Below, piece by piece: positions 1 to 12,110 of a DNA stretch of 64,000 nt. Within the stretch, counting starts at the first letter, position 1. Each line of letters starts with the position of its first letter. The notes under the pieces are model-generated. The model saw only the letters and a program-made list of their open reading frames with translations. It was not told the DNA's origin and did not search any database. Made by a program: the position numbers and the translations under genes. The stretch is from assembly GCF_009834535.1 (NCBI RefSeq), contig NC_045720.1:186001-250000 (forward strand), written 5' to 3'. This DNA comes from Camelus ferus (Eukaryota).

Positions 1-760
1 CCCAGGCTTCAAGGCCCCGCTCCCCAGGCCCCTTCCTCCAGGCTCCCGCCTCTTCTGCGCCCCCATCCCCGGTCGTGCGCCCCGGCGCCCTTTCAGGAGC
101 CGGCTGGGGTCCCTCGCCGGCCCTAGGCCGGAGGATGGCGTTGGATGGCGTCAGATAGCGCCAACATGTCCTACCTGCTGCCGAGCGCGGCCGAAAAAGG
201 AGACGCGGTTTCTGAGAGCCGCCTTATCTTCCGGGGCGGGGCCGAGAGGCTCAACCTTCCGGTCAGGGGCGGTGATCGCAGGCGCAATGCACAGTAGGGA
301 CTTGTAGTCCCCCTGCAGGCTCCTGTGGCCCCCTTCGGCGCGCTGGAGCCTGGGCGCAGGCGCACTGAGGTGGTCCGGCTGGCAGGGCCCGTGATTCGAG
401 TGGTCTGGAGACGTGTGGGCGGGGCCCGGGGAAGGGCGTTGGGGCGCCTATCTCTCACCGAGATTTCACGGAGGGTGGGCGTTCCTCTCTGAGCGGCCGA
501 GGAGGCCCTGAGATGTTGAGTGACTTGTCCAGCCTCACGCAGCCCACGACCGAGCGTCTCACTGCGGGCGCGGGGACGCGGGACTCGGGTCCCGGTCTGT
601 CGAGGAAATCGATGGACTGATTCGTGGAACGTGGTGGTTTGCAGAGTGAAAAGACGGGGTCTGGAAGACGATGATAAGTGTCCGACTCCCGCCGGCTCGG
701 CCGCTCTGAGGTCGCGGGGACTCTGCGCTCCTGGTCCTCGGAGAGGTCCGAGTGGCCGTC
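1..760. promoter_or_regulatory. CpG island / RPL8 promoter
   Basis: CpG-dense. Two CCGGAAG ETS/GABP-type sites on the minus strand (about 228-234 and 256-262) and a GGACTACAAGTCCC motif (ZNF143/SBS ACTACAnnTCCC type) at 297-310. Confidence 0.8.
175..202 (-). other. RPL8: RPL8 non-coding exon 1 with 5'TOP pyrimidine tract (coding exons lie left of the window)
   Basis: The minus strand reads AGATAAGGCGGCTCTCAGAAACCGCGTCTCCTTTTTCGGCCGCGCTCGGCAGCAG|gtagg. This closely matches the remembered human RPL8 5' end (agataaggccgc...ttcctctttcggccgcgctggtgaacag). The donor GT is at 174-173, and the position next to ZNF517 fits synteny. Confidence 0.85.
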
Positions 761-3039
761 CCTGGATTGTGGGTATTGGCGGAGAGCCAGAGGATCCTGG
801 TCATTGCTTGGAGGGACTGGGGTGGGCGCCAGTGGGGGTCGAGGTGGGAACCGCGGAGATACCGGAAGAGAGCAGAGGGATCGGTGAGACTCCCGGGGAG
901 GAGGCCTCCCTACCCCCGCACCCCATCCCCCGACGCAGTGCCCTTCGCAGGCAGGTGGAGGAGAGGAAGCCATCCCAGGAAGTGGAAAGGGAAAGGCTGA
1001 GGGGCTGCCAGGAGCGGAGAAGAAAGAGGGGTGGGCGGGGTCACACGCGACTGAAAGGATGGGGAAAGGCAGACTGGACAAGTGACCCTGAGGTGAGGGA
1101 GCCCGATGACGCTGCCCAGAACCCTGTCGGGGAGATGTGCGGGGTTTAGCCAAGAAAGGGAGCTGCTGGGGTGGGGGCGTGAGGGGTCTGAGCTGGAGAA
1201 AAAGAGCAAGTTGGCAGGGCAGGGAGCCTCTAACAAGGCACAAGCTTCGGAGAAGGGGCTTCCGGAGAAGTGGGAGGGGTCCTTACGGAGAGGGTCTCTG
1301 GAGTAAGCAGAAAAGGAGGTGGAGCCCCTGTCTGAGTGAGACCTGTCAGCAGACCAGGCCAGGGAGAGCTTAGTGAAGAGGGCTGTGAGTGTGCAGGTGA
1401 GGCCTGTGGCGGGAGAGCCAGCAAGGTAGGAAGAGAGTGAGGGCAGGGGTCCCAGGGAGTAGAGGGGCTTGCATGCAGGGCTCTGGGGCGGTGTGTTTGT
1501 TGGCACCAATGCCGTCAGGTAGACCTTGCAGGATGGAGGCAAGAAAGCTATCAGGAGAAGGTGACATAAGAGGGATTGAAGGAAGGCCACATGCTGAAGG
1601 CACAGGGGAGCAGAGGGGACTGATGTACGAGGTCCCCAGAGTGGCAACAGACTGGGGTGGCAGGGATGGGGGATCAGGAGGCAGCACGGCCCACAGCAGG
1701 GCCAGGAGCTGGGGGCACCTGGGCCTCCATGGGTAGGGTGAGGGGTTCTGGGGTTAGCTGGGAATAGGCCCAGGGGACTGGAAGGGCGGCAGGAAAGTGG
1801 GATGGAGGTGGGGATGGTGTTTGGACACAGGGGCTGTGAGGTTCCTGGGATGGAGTTGGACGGGGTACGGGTGGACCTTCATTCTTCCTCTGCCCCTGAC
1901 CTGCTGCCAAGGCCCTGGGTGCAGCCAGGAAGAGGCTGACCTGGCCCCATTGTGTCTAGGGTCTTGCCACATTCTAGGGTGAGACGGGGGCAACAGTGCC
2001 AGCCCTGGAGCCCCAGGAGCTGGCTGGCAGCTGGGAGCCCCCACTAGGGGCCCTGGGCCCAGGGAGGCCTGGAATTGTGCTGCTCCAGGGGCTTGCTCGT
2101 GTGGGTTCCTCCCAAAGGCCTACCTGGAGGCAGCAGGTGAGGCGTCAAGGGAGGGCAGCCATTAATGGGGCTCCAGGAGATGCAGACACCTGCCTGATGT
2201 TTATCACGCCCCCTGCCTTGTGCTTGGTGCACCTGTCCTTGCTGAGATGGGGGTACTGGCTGGCGTCCCTCTCACAGTCCAGAGACCTGAGACTTAGCTC
2301 CATCTCACTGGCCTGAATATCAGCTTCTCTGTGAGGCCACTGAGCCTGGCACACAGCAGGGGCCCTGAAGATCTGGGGCAGCCTCAGTGGGCATGCAGTT
2401 CTCAGGCCTTCAAGAGGGGCCCACCTGCCTCTGCCCCCAGATGAGGCCCTCTGTCTCCACGAGTTGCCTCTGTTCATGCTGGTCAGCTGGTGGCCTTTGT
2501 TGTGCTGTCCAAGTTCACCTCTTCCTTGAGTTTCAAACTTTCCCTTTTAAAGTTTTCTTTAAAACTTTCCTTTTAAAGTTGTTCTTTAAAGGTTGCTTGT
2601 CACATACACACAGGAGTGATTTGGTATAAACTTGAGCAACCGTGACTCTCTTCTGCCTTGTTGGGCTTGGCTCCCCGCTCCAGCATCAGCTGCTCCCAAG
2701 CAAATATCAGCACTGAGTTCCCAGCGTCTTTAATATGGGAACACTGATCCTGTGTTTCATAGGGCTCTTGTGAGGGTTGAGTGACTAAATACACACCAAG
2801 GGTATAAAAGGGCCCACAGACACCAGCAGAGCTGTAGAAGTCACAGATCAGGCACAGGCAGGAGAGGTGGTCTGAGAGGGTGACCAGGAGGGAGCCCTGG
2901 CAGACTTCAAGCTCTGGGGCGCAGTCAGCTTCTTGACAAGAGTGTTAGTTTCACAGGGTATTCTGAGTGTGAAAATTCATCGTGTTGTATGCCAAAGGTA
3001 TTTGTAATTCCTTTCTGTGTATTCTTCTAAAAATCATGT

Positions 3040-3191
3040 TTTTTTTATTTTATGTATTATTGTTGTTTTAGGGGGAGGTAATCAGGCTTATTTATTTATA
3101 TATTCTTTTTTAAAATTGTGGTACTTGGGATTAAACCCAGGACCTCATGCATGCTAGGCATGCACTCTACCACTGAGCTATACCGTCCTCC
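3040..3191 (-). mobile_element. tRNA-Ala-derived SINE (camelid Vic-1 type)
   Basis: Minus strand GGTATAGCTCAGTGGTAGAGTGCATGCCTAGCATGCATGAGGTCCTGGGTTTAATCCC (A and B boxes) with an A-rich tail. TSD AAAAATCATGT (3029-3039) / AAAAATCGTGT (3192-3202). Confidence 0.85.
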
Positions 3192-4129
3192 AAAAATCGT
3201 GTATTTTAAAAGTGTGCATGGGAACTGGTCAAAATTCCTGGGAAGTCATCAGACCTCCAAAAACCATGGAAGGGGTGGTCCAAGCCTCCTGTATCTCCAA
3301 GAAGAGAAGAGGATTTGTGCTAACACCTGGGGTAAAATGGAAGTAAAGAGAAACACATACACGTATATAGACATATTTTTGTGGGTTTTGTGTTGTTTTA
3401 TATACACACATATAAAAACAAAAATGAAGGGAAATATGCATGTCGAGGCAGGACAACATTTAAATAAACAAGTTCCTTCATGATGCTCATAGTAGCTGAA
3501 TATGTGTGCTGAAAGATATATGTACACATACACATATACTGTATATACATATATCTAAAACGTATAAACTTCCCTGTAAGTATCCTGCAAAGTGTTTTCA
3601 TTCTCTTTCAATTCCAAGTATCATCCACTGTCCTGTATGATTTTCTCTTTATCCCAAGAGTTAAATTAGCTTAACAATGCTGCTTTTGTGTGGCCGGGTA
3701 GATTTCAGTTATTGTTAATGTTCTCTTTTAAAAAACGTGTAGTTCCTGCTTTTGCACTTTTTAAAAATGAGAAACCATTTAAATAACATTTGATATTGCT
3801 TCACATAAGAGTAAGTTTTGTGAAAGTTTTTAAAATTAATATATGCGTAAACATTCATCTGTAAATATAGAAATCTGCGTGTGCTGGGTCACACATTTTT
3901 TTACTGAGTCTCAGAAAAGTTTGAAAGACACGACGCTGGGGGAGCTTTTTTTTTTTTTAAGAGGAGCTTTTTTAAAAAGAGGGAAGTGGGTGAAGGACAC
4001 ATGGACCTCTCTTTACTTCCTTTGCAACTTGCTGCGATGTGTAATTATTTCAAAATGAAAAGTTGAAAAGAAAAGGGAGGGGGCTCTGCCTCAGAACCTG
4101 GTTTCCTGTAATGATGCTCTGGTCGCTCT

Positions 4130-4910
4130 GGGGGGTCTCCTGTGACGCAGAGTGCGCGCAGGGTTTGAGGCCCTGTGCGCGGACCCCAGACTCCCGCAGA
4201 GGGCTCGCCCCTCGCACCTGGGGGCTCGCCCCGATGCGGCCCCGAGCGCGCCCCGCCCCCCAGTGCCTCTCGCCTTGACCCGCCCCTCCCCCCAGTAACC
4301 AGCGGCACTACCGAAGCGCGCGGTCCTCCGAGCCTGCTAGAATGGCGCTGCAGCCCGTTTCCGGGGGGGGGGGGTCGGAGGCGGGTGGTCTCTCCGCTCC
4401 GCGGTCCACGCCCCGCGCTGTCGCTGGTAGCGGCCGGGGTTAAGTCGGACACTGCGGAGGGGCGCGGTCTCGTTAATCTTTGCTGACTGAGGCTACAGCC
4501 CGCGCTGAGCACCGCGAGGGGCTGATCCGCAGCGGGCGCCGCCCCTCGCTTCTCCTCGGTTCTGGGCCTTGGGGAGGGTCCAGGTGAGCATATGATCTGT
4601 CTCCGTTTCCCCCGGGTGGAGAGGGAGGCTTGCGGACCGGGCTCGAGCCTGCATCCCCGGAGCCCGGGTAGTTGCGCGAGCTGCAGCTGCAGGGGGAGGG
4701 AGACCCGGGAGGACCAGCTTTGCCTGGGTTTGCATCCCCCTCGGCCTCACGCCGTTGGCGCCGGAGCGCGCCTGCTCGGGGGCGGCAGGTGCTGGTCGCC
4801 CGCCCCCGTCGGCCTCTCCCCCGCACCCTCGTTTTGTGGCGGAGAGCTGTCAGCCCCGCGCCCTTCCACCCTCACGCTGTACCTGTGCGGGTTTCCCCTC
4901 CGCGGGCTGA
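4130..4910 (+). promoter_or_regulatory. CpG island, probable ZNF517 promoter and first exon
   Basis: CpG-dense with GC boxes. Candidate donor CAG|gtgagc at 4583/4584, about 2.5 kb upstream of the ZNF517 ATG exon. Confidence 0.65.
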
Positions 4911-4914
4911 GTCA

Positions 4915-5330
4915 TTGATTGGACAGCATTGCGGAGCACTTCCTGTGTCCAGAGGACTCCGATGCTGGGGATACAAGCAGCAGTGAGGAGGCAAAGCCCC
5001 CGTACTCGTGGACCGTAGATTGTAATAGAGGTATTAAGTAAGCAAATAGTTTCTGATTGTGATGAGGGCTGGGAAGAAAATAAGTCAAGGGGATAGGACT
5101 GAGAGGTAAGAGATTAGGGAGAGCTATGGGCGGTCAGGGAAGGTCTCTCTAAGGAGTAACATTTGAACTGAAACCTGATGGCTGAGAGGCTTTTCTGATC
5201 CCTTAAGAGAAACTTCAAAGTGAAGGGAACTGAACCGGAATGGCCTTGGCTGTCCTGGCTGCAGTGCGGTGAGCATGGGGGCAGGTGAGAGAGCTGGGCA
5301 AGGTGCCCCAGGCCCATGAAGAACAAAGGT
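4915..5330 (-). mobile_element. L2 LINE 3' fragment
   Basis: Degenerate match to the reverse complement of the L2 3' end (…gagcacttcctgtgtcc…gctgggatac…gaaggtctctct…tttgaactgaaacctga). Confidence 0.55.
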
Positions 5331-6698
5331 TTTGTTCTAAGTTGGAGGGAAGAATGACTCTTGCTGGTCCTCTAGGCCCCAATTAAATGTAATTCCCAAA
5401 AAAAGCCTCCCTCTAACTTAGCACCCCCTCCCTTGATGTTTTCTCTCCTCACACTCTGAGCAGAAACCAGGTCTGTTTTATTATCATTATGACCCTTGCT
5501 CTATTCTTTTCAATCCAGCACTGTTTTCATCTGATTAAAGACATATCCTGGTTCCAGAAGTAGAACTAAAAGCAGGTTTTTCCCCCTGCTAACCAGGTAG
5601 TTCCTCCTGGAGGACATGCACTGCCCAGATATAAGCAAACAAGAACAGGGTAGCTTCACCCTCCTAGCTGTGGAGGGTGGTATGTATTGAGGGGTAGGGG
5701 GCTGGGTCTCCCCCCAGATACTTGTCCTCTGAGATGTTCTGGTTGCCTTGTTGGGGTGAGGACATATCCGTCAGCTGGGGGAGCAGCAATGGTCCAGCCA
5801 GGTCCTGCCCACAAAGACAGACAAGACTGCCCTGGACAGACAACCCAGTGGGGACTGGCTCTGCTCTTCTGTGCACTTGCCATGTGCACTGTGCAGGCGC
5901 AGCAGGCCCACCAAGCCTCCCAGATCATCTTCTGGAGTCTTCTATACTCTCAGACGGTAAAAGGGCTCTCTTGCCACTTGTCACCTCACGGCATCACAAC
6001 CACAGGCTTTCTGTTCACTGATGCCTACAGGGGACATCTCTTTACAAAGTAGCAGCTACTTAGGAGGCTCAAGCCCCACAGAAGAGAACACCCTAGACAC
6101 CTCACCACCACCACCCAAACACAAGCTCAAGTATCTGTTGAGGAAGGGGCTTGGAGACCAGGCCTTGTGCCTGCTCTGCAAACACCTGGCCAGAATTGTA
6201 TTTATTGACTTTTAAATACCTTTCCTCTGACCAGAGGCAACATACATTTGTAAATAAGTGGTAAGTCTTAGAGAAATCAGAAAAATGAAAAGAAGAAAAA
6301 TAAGAACAACTCATAATTCTGTGACCCTGCGGTTAGTGGACTAGGGTGTGTGCTTCTGGGTTTACTTTTCTGCTTGCTTCACGTGGTAATGCAGTAAGAA
6401 CGTTTTCTGATGTTCCACAGCGTGATCTTACTGGTTGCAGAGCCCCCACCTCGTGGATCCACTCATTCGTTTCACAGATCCTTGCTGGGTTCATGCTGTG
6501 TGTCAGGCCCTCCTTCAGCCCTGGGGGTACAGCATGAATACCCAGACTGCAGGCCTAGTCTCCTGGGGTGAGGCGGATAAGAAGCGAGTGAGTTGACTGC
6601 CTTATGTCAGATGACAGAAGTACTATGGAGAAAAAGAAATCAAGGAATGAAGGTAGGGCATACTGGGGTGGGGGTGGTACTTTCAATAGAGTGGTCCT

Positions 6699-6808
6699 TG
6701 TTGATGTATGACTGAAGCATTATGCTGTACACCAGAAATTGACACAACATTGTAAACTGACTACACTTCAATTAAAAAAATACACACACACACACACATA
6801 AGAAAAAA
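6699..6808 (+). mobile_element. Severely 5'-truncated young L1 (3' end plus tail) inserted into an L2
   Basis: L1 3' terminus TGTAAACTGACTACACTTCAATTAAAAAAA with an (AC)n/A tail. TSD AATAGAGTGGTCCT (6685-6698) / AATAGGGTGGTCCT (6809-6822). Confidence 0.75.
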
Positions 6809-7721
6809 AATAGGGTGGTCCTCAAAGGCCTCCCTGTGAAGGTTGGAAGGAGGGGGAGTGGAGCTGTGCAGGTGAGCATGTCTCGAGGTATGGCTTCTCC
6901 TTGTGACATGAGGGAGGCAGCTGGGCTGGCGACGATGTGCCCGCCCCATGCCTCACCCCTTCCTGTCTCTTATCTGGGTGGTCCTACAAGGGTATGGGGG
7001 TGGGAGGGTCAGGGCCTTAGGCCTGGGCTCCTACTCAACACTCACTGTCCCCAGCACCTGCCCTTACCCGGACATGGACCCTGGAATGGCGGTCCCACTC
7101 CTGATGCCTGGACTCCAAGTGTTTCCTTTGAGCCTGTCAGCTGCCTTCATCTGCAGCTTCAGCTTTTCAGCTCTGAGCACCTTCCCAGGGAGTCCCAGGC
7201 CCACCTATGTCGCTCCCACTCTTTCAGGCGTCACGGGGCTGAGTCCGCAAGCTGAGGGTCGGCCTCATCCCTTTGCAGCCTCATGGAGGCTCCGCTTACT
7301 CCTTCCTGAGGCAACAGTAGGCTGCCCAGGGCCTTCTGTAGCCCCTGAGTTTCCCCAGCGCCTGGCTCCATCCTAGTGAGAATGGTCAACCCTAACTTGG
7401 TGCATACAGCCTTCAGCCTGTCTGCTGGGAGCTGAGAACCAGAGGACCAGAACACTCCCCACCAGTGAGGAGGCTCAGCCACCAGCGACTCTGGGGTGCC
7501 CCCTCCCCAGGTCCCTGCTAGCCTACAGAGAGGCATGAGGCCAAGGTTGAGACCCATCTCCCACACTGCCTGTGGCTTCATGGTGGCACAACCACTCCCC
7601 CTCCTTTGGGGAGCATTGGGGTGTCCGCTCTGTGCCAGGCCCTGGGGGTGCAGCAGTGACTCCCAGAGCTGAACAGGTTCCCTGGATGTTCCTTATGTGA
7701 TTTCCGCATCTCCTTCCCTGA

Positions 7722-8051
<330 letters not shown>

Positions 8052-8174
8052 TAAGTGTTCCCAACCCACTCCCAGGCCCCCCAAGGGCATGCCCCCAAGG
8101 CCTCTGGCCAGGCAGCCACGTGTCCTCCCTCCCTCCTGCTCCCTGACTCCTGTTGCTCTCCTCCCTACACACAG

Positions 8175-8288
8175 GCTTTCTTGTTGCCAAACCAGCGCTG
8201 ATCTCCCTCTTGGAGCAAGGGGAGGAGCCAGGGGCCTTGATTCTGCAGGTGGCTGAGGAGCGAGGGACCAAGGCCAGCCTGGCCTGGG
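8175..8288 (+). CDS. ZNF517: KRAB-B exon of ZNF517 (intact, 114 bp)
   Basis: acacag|GC…TGG G|gtgagt. Translates GFLVAKPALISLLEQGEEPGALILQVAEERGTKASLAW. Confidence 0.85.
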
Positions 8289-11200
8289 GTGAGTGGGAGT
8301 GTGGGGAAGCCTGGCCTTCACACAGCTCCTTGCAGGCCCCTGGGTGCTCACACAGTGGGAGGGTTGTGCAGTAACCTCCTCAAAGCAGGGGCACATTTCC
8401 TGTGAAACCCCCTGCTTGTAGTCCGAGGTCACCCAGGACTAAATTGTACAAGGAGGCCAAGGGCACATGTCCATCCTGGTGCCCAAGGTGTCAGGTCAGT
8501 TCTCTGGGGGCAGCCATGTGTAGGGGGAACCCAACAGGGGAGACCATTGAGCTGCTTGGAATCCCCTAGTTCCCAGTAGCTCATGTGCCAGGGGCTGAGC
8601 TTGGGGCCACAGAGGCTGCAGAAAGGAAGTTGAGGTGGCCTCCAGTCTGCATGATGCACAGGCAGGACCCCGAGGTGTTGGCCAGGGGGAGTTAGCTGTG
8701 GGTGACAGCCCCACACCCTGCTGGTCCCGCCCTGCTCCCAGTCTGACCCCAATCCTTTGGGCCGAGTCAGTGCCCTCCCTCCCCCTTTTTGAGTGCCCCA
8801 CGTGAGCCAGCCTCCCACCCCTACTAACCTTCCTTTTTGTCGCCTTTCTCATCCAAACCCTGATTTTAAAGCTTCTTGCAAGCAGTTCTCAAACCACCCT
8901 ACTTGTTTGATATAAAGATTCTGTCTTCAAACCAGTAAGTTCCTTTTGTGAATATAAAGGCTGGCTGAGCCTTCCGTCTTCTGTTCATTCTTCCAGATTC
9001 CAGGGCAGAGGCCAGGGTCAAGGATTCTTTTCTGAGGGGAGGGTACTCTAAGGAGGCAGGGCTGTTGGGCTCGGTTTGGGGGCACCTCGCCAGGGAGGAC
9101 CCCCCAGTTACCTGAACTGAACGGCAGTCCTGAGGATGGGTCAGAGAAGCCACTCCTCCAGCTCCCCGCAGGCGGCACTTGCGGGGAGCTGAGCTTGTCC
9201 CCAGCGGCCCTGGAAGGAGAACGGAGGGGCCCAGGCGCCACCCACACGGCGGAGGAGAGGGCCCACAGGTGCGTGGCCTGCAGCAAGGCGTTCAAGTACA
9301 ACTCGCTGCTGCGCAGACACCAGGTCATCCACACCGGGGCCAAGCCCTACCAGTGCACCGACTGCGGCAAGGCCTTCAAGCAGAGCTCCATCCTCCTGAG
9401 GCACCAGCTGATCCACACGGAGGAGAAGCCCTTCCGTTGCGGCGAGTGTGGCAAGGCCTTCCGGCAGGGCGCCCAGCTGGTCGCACACCGCAGGGTCCAC
9501 GCGCTGGAGAAACCCTTCCAGGGCGGCCAGTGCGGCAAGGCCTTCGGCCGCAGGTTCACGCTCAGCGAGCACCGGCGCATCCACAGCGGGGAGAGGCCCT
9601 ACGCATGCCTGCGGTGGAGCCAGCGCTTTATCCGCGGTTCCTGGCTCCTCGTTCCTCAAGCGCCGCCGGCGGCACGGCGCCGATGGCGCCCCCGACGGCG
9701 GCGGGTGCCAGAGCCCCCTGCTCGGTGCCGCCCCGAGGACCCACTCGGGGGACGCGCTCCACCCGTGCCCCGCGTGCCGGAAGCCTTTCAAGCACGAGTC
9801 CCTGCTGCTCCTGCACCAGAGGCTGCACACGGGCGAGAAGCCCTCCGTGTGCAGGGAGTGCGGCCGCGCCTTCGCCCGGAAGTCCAACCTGACTCTGCAC
9901 CAGAAGACCCACACCCAGGAGAAGCCCTTCGCCTGCACCGAGTGTGGCAAGGTCTTCCGCAGGAGCCACACGCTGACCGAGCACTACCGGCTGCACAGCG
10001 GCGAGCGGCCCTACGGGGGCCGGGCCTACGCGAAGGCCTGCAGCCGGCTGCCCACCCTCGTCCGGCACCAGAGAGTCCACGGCGCAGAGCCGAGGCAGGG
10101 CCGGCGGGTGCCCCCCTCGGCTCCCCGCTGAGGCGACCACTGGTGGAGACCCCATCCGGGAGAGCCCACCCTGTGCCCCTGCCGGGCGTCCGTCCGGGAC
10201 GGAGCCGGACGGAGCCGGGGCTGTCGTCAGGCAGCCTGAGAGGAGTAGCGAGGACGCTCTCCACCCCACCCGCAGGGCGGACGACCACTGACCACCAGAG
10301 GGCAGCACTTTTCAGCCACCTGGGTCTGGGCCTGGATGCTCACTCAGGCTCCAGTAAACCATGTAGGGGTTATGGGTGGGTTTTGTTTTCTAACCTGTTT
10401 TACAAAACTGACTTGTGATCAGATTTTTTTCTTAAAAAAGGATATGTTGTTTTCAGTTCTTCATTATTAGGGTTGACCGGGATCAGACCCTGTTTGCAGG
10501 GACTCCAGCCACCTTGTGGGAGGGAAAGGGGCATGGGGACATTTGGAAGTCATGGGTGGACCAAGGGTTTGAAAGGGAGCCAGGGCTGGAGGGGTGATGG
10601 TGGCAGAGGCCAGGACTCAAGGGGTGGTCCCCGGGCTCCCTGGCAGCACCACCAGGGCCTGGCCAGGTTGGGTATGACCTTCCTTTGCCTGACTCATCTG
10701 CAGATGGTGCTGTCTAAGGAGAAGACCCCTGAGGGCCTCTTAGCGACCTCTCCTCACCATCAGCCCCTCCACCCCAGGAATCCTGAGAAGGCTCACAAGC
10801 TGTTGAGGCATCTTACAAACGTGTGCCAGGAAGGAAGCCAGCAGCCCTGAGCCGGGCTGAGGGCCTGAACTGCGAATGTGTATTTTATAATTAATGTGGC
10901 TTTTTTCTAAATATAAAGTTACTGTAGAGAATTTGGAAAAGGCAGAAACGTACGAAAAAAAAAAAGAAACATAAAATACCCTTGGTCCACTCTCCAGAGA
11001 TCACGACTATGATGTTTGGTGTTTTCTTAGTCTCTTTCTAATGCATTTGTGTCGATACTTGTTTTACTGATGGGGAGTATGCCTTGCCTAAACCTTGTGC
11101 CTCCTGATTGGCAGTGCCACTGTCCACCTGCCCTCTGTGTGGTTTACTTAGCAGCTCTCTCCTCAGACATTTGTTTCCCACGTTTTCACTGCTATCTTTG

Positions 11201-12110
11201 ACCCCACTGCAGAGACTTCCTTGGGGTCGAGGTGGACTTTCCAGGTCAAGAATACTGGGGGTGGGGTGGGACTAATTTTAATCACTTCATTAATCTTGAA
11301 AAATGCCACTCTTGTCTTTTTTTGCATTTCTTGGCCTTTTCATGGGTGACTTCCCTGTAAGCTCTTGCACCCATTTTTACTGGGTTTGTAAGACCTCTGT
11401 GTTGTGTTACAATCCCTTTCCCTTCGTATCTGTTTCCTCTATCGTGATACAAACCACGGGGCTTTTTTTGGTGGGGGAGGGAAGGTGGGGGGGGACTGCA
11501 TCTTAGAATTGAAGAAGTAATATATCACAAATATTTGTTATGTATCAAATTATGGTAATAGTACATGCCTCACAGGGTGTGGGTCCATGAAAACGCTAGC
11601 ATTGCACTCTGCTTTGGAATCAGTGGTGCAAACATGCCCTCCTCCTGGGGTCCCTGTTGAAGGTCACCAGTATGCCCATTCCAAATCTGTCTCAAATCCT
11701 TTCTTCCATCACCATGTTCACAAAGCACAGCTCCTCCTGGCAGGTCCTGAGGCAGAGGTGTTGATTTGAACTTTACAGACCTCGTCCTGACGGCCTTGCT
11801 GAGGTCTCTCTCCTGCTTCCATGGGTAGAGCGGGCTCCACTCAGCACCCAGAGCCCTGCAGCATCTGCATCCAAGCCTGGCTAAGCCGGGCACAGAAGCC
11901 CCTCCAGGACCAGCCCCACCACTTCCTTCTCAGTTGCACTGGTTAACTGAAGTGATCTGCCCAGCTGTCATCCCCCTGGTTTCACGGGCCACCACACCCA
12001 CTCAGTCTGTGCCCAAGCCAATCCATAGTCACCGGGGATGTGACTCACCTGATGTGTCCTCCTGGCTGAGCTCAGTTCACCTCTTGGGGCGGCCCAGGGG
12101 CAGGGTGTGG

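Noticed and set aside
455-1243. Overlapping 209-262 aa ORFs beside RPL8
   Set aside because: They are Pro/Arg/Gly-rich, with no domain or codon pattern, as expected by chance in a CpG island.
3113-3190. tRNA-Ala gene (also at 42669, 44230 and 44986)
   Set aside because: The acceptor stems are imperfect and the copies have A-rich tails and TSDs, so they are SINEs.
9195-10418. 407-aa ORF starting with zinc fingers as an intact ZNF gene
   Set aside because: It starts at TTG, is out of frame with the KRAB exons, and leaves the finger frame at the 7-bp duplication (9636-9649). The rest is a GC-rich off-frame read.
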